64,000 bases of DNA from positions 46,313 through 110,312 of the forward strand of contig QQSC01000015.1 of the NCBI GenBank assembly GCA_003602475.1, in the 5' to 3' direction. The stretch comes from Candidatus Poseidoniales archaeon. Its GTDB lineage: Archaea; Thermoplasmatota; Poseidoniia; Poseidoniales; Poseidoniaceae. The translations under genes and the position numbers were made by a program. Positions 58,028 through 64,000 of this stretch are shown piece by piece (the first letter of the stretch is position 1; every line of letters begins with the position of its first letter). The notes beneath the pieces were generated by a model that was not told where the DNA came from, searched no databases, and saw nothing but the letters and a program-made list of their open reading frames with translations.

Positions 58028-61000
58028 GTGATGGGTGGTCCACAGACTGAACGAAGAAGCCAACTCCGCGCTGCGGTGTTGGTCGGCCTCATGCTCTTTT
58101 CCCTGCTGAGCGTAGCACCGGCGCAGGCTACTGGAGAGCCGGCCAACCTCCAAGCACAGGACATCACGGCTGCGTTCGACCCACTGACCGAAGTCACCAC
58201 CATCACCTGGGAAAACTCGGACACCAACGATGGCAACGCAATACAAGGGTTTGCAGGCGCTGAATACAACGTTTACCGGCACAACGCCCCCATCGATTCA
58301 AGCAACGTGGTGGGGTTGACTCCCTTCGCCACCGTTGATGCCTGTAACTTGAACCTCCCCAACGTATCGGGCAACCCGTTCAATTGCAGAGGAAGCACCT
58401 ACGAGACCCATTCCGTATCCTTCCCTGTTTCTCCTGGCGTGAACGGTTCGTTCTATTACGCCATCACCACCATGCTCGGCAACGGGACTGAGGCTGGTGA
58501 ATTCATCATGAACGAATCCCACGTGTACGATCCAGTCATTGAGCAGACGACCGCTGTTCAAACCCCGATCATCTTGACCGTTGACTTCGTGCCTGCCGAC
58601 AGTGAAACCACCATTCGCTGGTACAATTACAACGACCTGTTCTCTGGCGAGGACATTCACCCCGAAACAGGAGATAACGCCATGACCATTCGCATTTGGC
58701 GCACAACTTACGCCATGAACCGGGTGCTTGGGGCCAGTTTGATCAACGATGAAACCCCCATCGCCACGTTGCCCGCGACCACGAACGAACACGTGGTGAC
58801 GGTTCCACCCAACACCGACCGCACCAGCTACTATTCCATCACCTATCACCTGCCAAACTATTCAACGCCCGGCGAGGACTACGAAGACGTCCGATTCCTC
58901 GGGGACAACACGATGACTGACCCAGTCGTGGAAGACAACCGCCCACCTTCTCAACCGGTGCTCACCGCTGCGAATTTCGTTGCCGATGGAGCATCGGGAG
59001 GTGGCAACACCGTGCTCTCATGGAACAGCGTACCCGGAGAGGAAGGGGAAACATACCGCGTCTACCGTTCGGATGAACCGTTCAACAGCACCCTTGCCGA
59101 TAATGTTCAACTCGTCGTCACGGACATTCACGAGGCTGCAACCGGGACCAGCGTTCCAGTCGCCACCGGGTACCTCGGTCATTCCTACTATTGCGTGACC
59201 ACCGTGGACGCCATCGGCGTCATGGACACCGACACCACCGCAGCTTCCTGCACCAACGCCATCTTTGAAGACGCCTTTTACAATTGGATTGCCGAACCCA
59301 CCGCAGTTGATGCGGAATTCATCGGAAACCGAACGGTTCGAATCACTTGGGCGGACCAGTTGGGAGTTAACGGAGAAATCTATCACATTTGGCACATTGA
59401 TTACCCCAACATGCCCGGTTCCCAATTCGTAGAGAACGGAACGGCGATGTACCTTGGCACGGTCTCTGACAGTGTAGGCGAATTCGAGTACACCCTCGAG
59501 GAAGGGTTTGTTTTGGCGGACCAAGCCTACTGCGTAACCACCGAAGCGTTGTACGGGAATGTCAATGGCACATACCACTACACCGCTCTCAATCAAAACT
59601 GCGATTCCATTTCGTTGATTGACACTCAAAAACCTCAACCGGCCCGCATTCGCACCGCTTTCTCTCTTGGCTCCATCCAACGGGTGAGTTTGGAATGGTT
59701 GGACGATGTCAACGAAATCAACGAGACCTACTCCATTTGGCGCCATTATGGAGCGCCTTTCGGCAGCGATGCTACAGAATTCTCAGACACCTCCGATGAA
59801 GGTTGGGAGATGATTCTCGACGGCATCGACGAGGGCAACGACGATACCATTGTACGAGAGTTTGACATTGCGGACAACGTTGACCGAGACGTGTGGTACG
59901 GCATTGCCGTCACCGACACTTGGGGCAACACCAACACGGAATTGTTCGCCGGATTCGGCGGCAACGGGTTCCAAGTGTCAGAAGACACCCGCCCGGCCAA
60001 CGCCACCATGACCCTCTTGGACTCAAACGGTGCTGAATATTCGTCTTCGACCCTTGTTTCAGGGCAATACACGTTCCATTTCCAAATTGATGAGGATTTG
60101 TACGAAACACCCAGCATCAGCATGTTCACGCCCGCTGGGGCCATTGCTGAGAACGAGGTGGTGTCGCTGATCAATGAGAACCGCAACAACCCCAATGTTG
60201 GACCACTTTACTCGTACGATTTCAGCATCAGCGATACCACCAACGCGGGACTCCTCACCGTCCAATTGTTGCTTGAAGACGAATGGTCCAACGCCGCCAA
60301 TCAAACTTGGACCAACCTGTTTATTGACGCACAGGTCCCAGAAGTCACCATCTTTGCCCCGACCCCATCCAGTGACGGTTCGAAATACCTCTATGGAAAC
60401 AGAATCAATCTTTTGGCTGGGGCTACCGACGACGTTGGTGTCACCTCCTTCCAGTACCGCTTCACCTACCATTACGGCGGACAGAGCGGTCAATCCCAAG
60501 CAACACCGTGGGCCGATCTGCAGGGAATTACGGTCAATGGCGACAACAACATGAGCCTCACGGCCGACATGGAAGTGTCCTCGGGCAACTTTGAGCCGGG
60601 CTTCCACCGGTTGTCGATTCAAGCCACCGATGCAGCAGGGAACAACATTCAGCAAAGCGTCGATTTCATTGTTGATTACTGCCGTAACCGTTTGGACGGC
60701 ACCACGTACTGCAACTATGAGGAAAGCCTCCTGCCGCCAATTGAACCAGAAGTCGTCACTCCGGCCCTCTCCGACCCACCCTATGTGGTGGTCTTTGTCG
60801 TGGCGTTCATCAACATCCTGGCCATCGTCGTGGCCCTTCTTGTCATCCAAGTGAGCATGTCAGGCCCCAAGAAAAAGAAGCGGGGAGGCGACGAGGAAGA
60901 AGACGAAGACTGGATGGCTGAATTCATGGGAGGCAGCGGAGGCGGTGCTCAAGAACTTGACATGGATTCTGTCACCGACACCAGCGGCGGTTCTCCAGAG

Positions 61001-61300
61001 AACGAAGAGAAGAAGGAAGAGGACGCCGATGCTAAGGAATCGGAAGAAGAGGACGACCCCTTTGCCATCAACATCGTGCAGCGTAAGAAGCGTCGTAAGA
61101 AGAAGGAAGTTGAGCCCGAAGAGGACGACGACGACGACGACGACGATGACGACGATGACGACGACGACGATGACGACGACGACGACGAGGACGAGGCACC
61201 CAAGAAGAAGCCCGTCCGACGCAGCGTTGGTCGCCGGGCTGCCCCCAACAAGGCGCCCGTGAAACGTCGTGCGGTCAAGCGAAAATCAGACGACGATTGA
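58028..61300 (+). CDS. Large (1090 aa) surface protein. It has a signal peptide, tandem FN3/Ig-like domains, a TM anchor, and a highly charged cytoplasmic tail with poly-Asp.
   Basis: The signal peptide is LVGLMLFSLLSVAPAQA. There are repeated 'YY-x-ITT/VTT…GN' strand motifs. The TM is VVVFVVAFINILAIVVALLVI, followed by KKKKRGG. The tail has E/D/K blocks including about 25 consecutive D/E. Confidence 0.8.
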   Translation: MMGGPQTERRSQLRAAVLVGLMLFSLLSVAPAQATGEPANLQAQDITAAFDPLTEVTTITWENSDTNDGNAIQGFAGAEYNVYRHNAPIDSSNVVGLTPFATVDACNLNLPNVSGNPFNCRGSTYETHSVSFPVSPGVNGSFYYAITTMLGNGTEAGEFIMNESHVYDPVIEQTTAVQTPIILTVDFVPADSETTIRWYNYNDLFSGEDIHPETGDNAMTIRIWRTTYAMNRVLGASLINDETPIATLPATTNEHVVTVPPNTDRTSYYSITYHLPNYSTPGEDYEDVRFLGDNTMTDPVVEDNRPPSQPVLTAANFVADGASGGGNTVLSWNSVPGEEGETYRVYRSDEPFNSTLADNVQLVVTDIHEAATGTSVPVATGYLGHSYYCVTTVDAIGVMDTDTTAASCTNAIFEDAFYNWIAEPTAVDAEFIGNRTVRITWADQLGVNGEIYHIWHIDYPNMPGSQFVENGTAMYLGTVSDSVGEFEYTLEEGFVLADQAYCVTTEALYGNVNGTYHYTALNQNCDSISLIDTQKPQPARIRTAFSLGSIQRVSLEWLDDVNEINETYSIWRHYGAPFGSDATEFSDTSDEGWEMILDGIDEGNDDTIVREFDIADNVDRDVWYGIAVTDTWGNTNTELFAGFGGNGFQVSEDTRPANATMTLLDSNGAEYSSSTLVSGQYTFHFQIDEDLYETPSISMFTPAGAIAENEVVSLINENRNNPNVGPLYSYDFSISDTTNAGLLTVQLLLEDEWSNAANQTWTNLFIDAQVPEVTIFAPTPSSDGSKYLYGNRINLLAGATDDVGVTSFQYRFTYHYGGQSGQSQATPWADLQGITVNGDNNMSLTADMEVSSGNFEPGFHRLSIQATDAAGNNIQQSVDFIVDYCRNRLDGTTYCNYEESLLPPIEPEVVTPALSDPPYVVVFVVAFINILAIVVALLVIQVSMSGPKKKKRGGDEEEDEDWMAEFMGGSGGGAQELDMDSVTDTSGGSPENEEKKEEDADAKESEEEDDPFAINIVQRKKRRKKKEVEPEEDDDDDDDDDDDDDDDDDDDDDEDEAPKKKPVRRSVGRRAAPNKAPVKRRAVKRKSDDD
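61123..61196. repeat. (GAC/GAT)n trinucleotide microsatellite of about 24 units, encoding the poly-Asp tract in the surface-protein tail.
   Basis: It is seen directly: gaggacgacgacgacgacgacgacgatgacgacgatgacgacgacgacgatgacgacgacgacgacgaggacgag. Confidence 0.9.
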
Positions 61301-61314
61301 ACCCATTTTGAGGC

Positions 61315-61857
61315 ATGACCATGGTCAACCTTCTCCGATTGGGACAGGGCATGATGGCGCTGGCAGTGCTGCTCTCTGCAGCCGGTTGGATCGGATTTAC
61401 CCTGGAAGGTGAAGTGAACGATGTTCCTACTCCAAACTTCCCCGACCGGTCCTTCTTTGCGGACGACCCACTTCCAGAACAGGTGCTGGCTCCCTTCTTG
61501 ACCGCCGAACTGACGTTGACTTGGGACCGTGATGATGTCTATGCCGTCATTGTGGATGAAGACGAAAAGAACACTTGCGAAGCCACTCCGGCCGGTTTGG
61601 CACAAAACAGCGGCACCAACTCTTGCGGCCCGTACGACGCCGACATTGTGGCCATCAGCGACAACGGGAACGAGGGCCTTGTTTGGACGGTCGAATCGGG
61701 CGTCTATTACGTGGGCGTTGGAACCGCCGGCTCAGGACTCCCCGAGGGTTCCGAGGTCAACATGGCCTACGAAGTCCACCTTCAGGCAGGGTTTGGTTCG
61801 TTCTTCGTCTTCGCTTCCATCGGCGTGGTTGGGTTTGCCATGACCCGTTCCGAGTGA
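61315..61857 (+). CDS. Small secreted protein with a C-terminal hydrophobic anchor, with a possible sortase-type C-terminal signal.
   Basis: It has a signal peptide (LAVLLSAAGWIGF). The C-terminus is QAGFGSFFVFASIGVVGFAMTRSE: a Gly-rich linker, a hydrophobic helix, then a basic residue. Confidence 0.5.
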   Translation: MTMVNLLRLGQGMMALAVLLSAAGWIGFTLEGEVNDVPTPNFPDRSFFADDPLPEQVLAPFLTAELTLTWDRDDVYAVIVDEDEKNTCEATPAGLAQNSGTNSCGPYDADIVAISDNGNEGLVWTVESGVYYVGVGTAGSGLPEGSEVNMAYEVHLQAGFGSFFVFASIGVVGFAMTRSE

Positions 61858-61858
61858 A

Positions 61859-63118
61859 TCACTCAACGCCATCGTAGTAGGTGGCTACGGCCCGATCGAG
61901 GTCTTGAATCACTTGAGCTTCATCAACGGTCTGTGTCACGCCGTTGATTCGCAGGCCTTGCCCGTTGACCCACAGGTCAAGACAGTCCGCACCGTTGAAA
62001 ATCAAGTTCGCTAAGTGACGGTTGTTGCTTCGGCCAAGAGGGTGCATCCTGACGTCGTCGAGGTTCCAAACCGCCCAATCCTGACTGCCTTTTGTGGCCA
62101 TGTCCATCAGTTCAGTCGCCGGCAGAAGCGTCGCGTCCCAGTGGTCGTGCCGCTGCACGAGACCCGCCAGTCTCGCCTCAGCTTGCATGTTCAAACCGCT
62201 CCCAGATGACGCCGCTCCATCCGTTCCGAGACGAACGTCAACTCCAGCATCTCGGTACGCTGGCCACGACATCGTTCCACCGCAGGCCAGTTTCATGTTG
62301 GAGGAGGGGCAGTGAACGGCGGTAACTTCGTGCTGCTTCATCAGTCGAATTTCGTTCTTCTTCACCCAAGAGGCATGGGCGCATACGGTGCCGGGTTGAA
62401 AGAAGTCGATGCTGTCGAGGTATTCCACCGGATAGCGCCCGTGAGCATCGTAACAATCGGCGATTTCCTTTCGAGTTTCACTGACATGGATGTGAAGGCG
62501 CGCTGAACGTCGTTGGGCCAAGTCCGACGCGCTTCGCAACGTCTCTTCGCTGCACAGGTAGACGGAATGGGTGGCGATGGCGTACTGAACGAGGTCATCG
62601 CTTCGGTTGTTCTTGAGCAGGGCATCAAGTTCGTCCAAGGCGGATGCAGCATCGGGGTGGCTCGGAAGTGCCGCATCGCTCACAGGGCCTCCGATCAGTC
62701 CACGAAGTCCGGCATCGGTGAGCACCTTTCCCGTCGTGTGTGGGTGAAAGTACATGTCTGCAGCAAAGGTGCTTCCCGTTCGAATCATCTCAGCAGCGGC
62801 CGATTGGGCCCCAATTCGGACATACTCCGGGGTGATGCGGGCTTCGGTTGGAAAGATGGCTTCGTTCAACCATCTGTGAAGGGGGTAGCCATCGCTAAAA
62901 TCGCGAGCGTTCAGTTGCATGGCCAAGTGCGTATGCCAGTTTTGGAAACTTCTGGTGACCACGCGATTCGTACCGTCAAGGTCGTGAGCCACATCCTCAT
63001 CACCGTTTGAAGGCGACCACGAGCCGTCACCATGCAACAGAACATCGCCGGTGCTTTTGACGCCCCCGCGGTCGTACAGCACCGTGTTTCGGTACCTCAC
63101 CGTGGTGGCGTCGCTCAT
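61859..63118 (-). CDS. Amidohydrolase-superfamily deaminase, of the MTA/SAH deaminase (MtaD) / SsnA / chlorohydrolase type.
   Basis: It has WHTHLAM (an HxH metal site), HVSET and GTDGAAS motifs. It is about 419 aa. Confidence 0.75.
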   Translation of the reverse strand: MSDATTVRYRNTVLYDRGGVKSTGDVLLHGDGSWSPSNGDEDVAHDLDGTNRVVTRSFQNWHTHLAMQLNARDFSDGYPLHRWLNEAIFPTEARITPEYVRIGAQSAAAEMIRTGSTFAADMYFHPHTTGKVLTDAGLRGLIGGPVSDAALPSHPDAASALDELDALLKNNRSDDLVQYAIATHSVYLCSEETLRSASDLAQRRSARLHIHVSETRKEIADCYDAHGRYPVEYLDSIDFFQPGTVCAHASWVKKNEIRLMKQHEVTAVHCPSSNMKLACGGTMSWPAYRDAGVDVRLGTDGAASSGSGLNMQAEARLAGLVQRHDHWDATLLPATELMDMATKGSQDWAVWNLDDVRMHPLGRSNNRHLANLIFNGADCLDLWVNGQGLRINGVTQTVDEAQVIQDLDRAVATYYDGVE

Positions 63119-63202
63119 GTTGTGTCCTTGAGGTCATGCTTCAAGAACGCTGAGGTTCGGACCGAGGGGCTTATGTTGGATTGACGACGGCGGTCATTTG
63201 CC

Positions 63203-63275
63203 GCCACTGTGGCTTAGTTGGTAGAGCATCTGATTCGTAATCAGAAGGTCGGGAGTTCGAATCTCCCCAGTGGCT
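63203..63275 (+). tRNA. tRNA-Thr (anticodon CGU).
   Basis: The cloverleaf was read by hand. The acceptor is GCCACTG/CAGTGGC. The D-arm is GCTT-AGTTGGTA-GAGC. The anticodon stem is TCTGA/TCAGA with the loop TTCGTAA. The T-arm is GGGAG-TTCGAAT-CTCCC. The discriminator is T and CCA is not fully encoded. Confidence 0.8.
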
Positions 63276-63277
63276 CC

Positions 63278-64000
63278 TCAAACATTCTTCTCGGCGGTGA
63301 CACTCACGTCCATGCTGAACGATTGAGCACTGGCTTCCAAACTGGCGATGGCAGGCAGCGTTCTGCCGGCGATGAAATCCAAACAAGCGCCGCCTCCCGT
63401 TGAGACGTGGCCCATCTTGCTGGCAAGCCCTCGTTTGGCCACCAACGTAGCGGTGTGACCGCCACCCACGACAACGTAAGCGTCGGACTCTGCACAGGCG
63501 TTGAGCATCTCGACGGTGCCAAGGGCAAAATCGTTCAGTTCAAACACGCCTGCTGGACCGTTGAGTATGACGGTTCCAGCGCTTTTTATGGCGTTGGAGA
63601 GGTGACGAATGGACGCCAAACCCATGTCAAACAGCGGGGCTTCAAGGGGAAGGTTGTCAATGCTCATGTCCACTCGGTTGCCTTCCACATTGGCCGCCAC
63701 GTCAACGGGAAGATGGATTTGGTCGCCGTGGTCGTTGATGAGGGCCTTGGCCTGACCAACGGTGGTCATCCAGTGGTCGCCGAGTTCGTTTTTGAGGAAA
63801 GAACGGTTCACATCACCGATGTCGATGCCTGCCAAATCCAAGAGGAGATTGGCCACTCCACCGGTGGGCCAGACCTCATCGGCAATGCCGTTGCGAAGCA
63901 TGTTGTCGGCCACCTGAATGGAATCGTTGACCTTGACGCCGCCCAGTACGGCTAAACAGGGACGGTTGGGAGATTCAAGCGCCTCCCCCAGTTTCTTCAA
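63278..64000 (-). CDS. pgk: Phosphoglycerate kinase, C-terminal roughly 240 codons. The 5' part lies beyond the window end.
   Basis: It has LAVLGGVKVNDSI (PGK ILGGAKVSDKI), a hinge, and the C-terminal STGGGACLDFIAG. The frame is open to position 64000. Confidence 0.85.
   Translation of the reverse strand: MKKLGEALESPNRPCLAVLGGVKVNDSIQVADNMLRNGIADEVWPTGGVANLLLDLAGIDIGDVNRSFLKNELGDHWMTTVGQAKALINDHGDQIHLPVDVAANVEGNRVDMSIDNLPLEAPLFDMGLASIRHLSNAIKSAGTVILNGPAGVFELNDFALGTVEMLNACAESDAYVVVGGGHTATLVAKRGLASKMGHVSTGGGACLDFIAGRTLPAIASLEASAQSFSMDVSVTAEKNV

Noticed and set aside
60949-61605. 218-aa minus-strand ORF containing a poly-Ser run.
   Set aside because: It is the reverse-complement reading of the (GAC)n microsatellite inside the surface-protein gene, so it is not an independent gene.
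55686-63275. Possible tRNA-bounded genomic island between tRNA-iMet and tRNA-Thr.
   Set aside because: There is no integrase, no direct repeat of a tRNA 3' end, and the content is housekeeping (Fap7, CDP-alcohol transferase, amidohydrolase), so it does not look like a mobile island.
63171-63403. Short ORFs on both strands across 63171..63403.
   Set aside because: They overlap the hand-folded tRNA-Thr(CGU) and the pgk 3' end.

Overview
This is a 64-kb chromosomal window with moderately high GC content, compact and gene-dense, with frequent 4–35 bp start/stop overlaps. It is clearly archaeal. It encodes a RadA recombinase with the N-terminal HhH domain, an archaeal FtsZ, a TFIIB-type zinc-ribbon factor, a Fap7-type kinase, and an initiator tRNA with the A1:U72 pair. 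The content fits a marine planktonic euryarchaeote: two giant Ig/FN3- and beta-propeller-rich surface proteins (2763 aa and 1090 aa), and many secreted proteins with C-terminal hydrophobic anchors. The phylum is not provable from sequence alone.

Housekeeping genes recognised:
- fused malic enzyme/PTA-like MaeB
- NADP-isocitrate dehydrogenase
- phosphoglycerate kinase (3' half; the gene runs off the window)
- PabB–PabA fusion plus a PabC-like lyase
- proline iminopeptidase
- YchF/OLA1 GTPase
- PduO-type cobalamin adenosyltransferase
- Nudix hydrolase
- DHH/NrnA phosphoesterase
- RlmH-like SPOUT methyltransferase
- OsmC
- Grx2/GST-like protein
- MMPL/RND exporter
- CDP-alcohol phosphatidyltransferase and a phosphatidylserine-decarboxylase-like enzyme
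- MTA/SAH-deaminase-like amidohydrolase
- two tRNAs (iMet-CAU, Thr-CGU)

The most unusual element is a translationally coupled pair of very large genes (3737..12465, 1267 aa plus 1642 aa). It looks like a bacterial AddAB/RexAB-type helicase–nuclease. The second gene has all the UvrD-family motifs. Both genes end in a RecB-type PD-(D/E)XK nuclease domain with a Cas4/AddB-style 4-cysteine Fe–S signature. The pair sits divergently next to a divergent TFB paralogue.

Other points of note:
- a 1148-aa alpha-solenoid protein with a C-terminal PIN nuclease domain
- a polytopic membrane protein with a C-terminal EF-hand pair
- a CX7CX2C Fe–S (radical-SAM-like) enzyme
- a (GAC/GAT)n microsatellite encoding a ~25-residue poly-Asp cytoplasmic tail

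Many long antisense ORFs in the six-frame track are GC-driven artefacts and were rejected.
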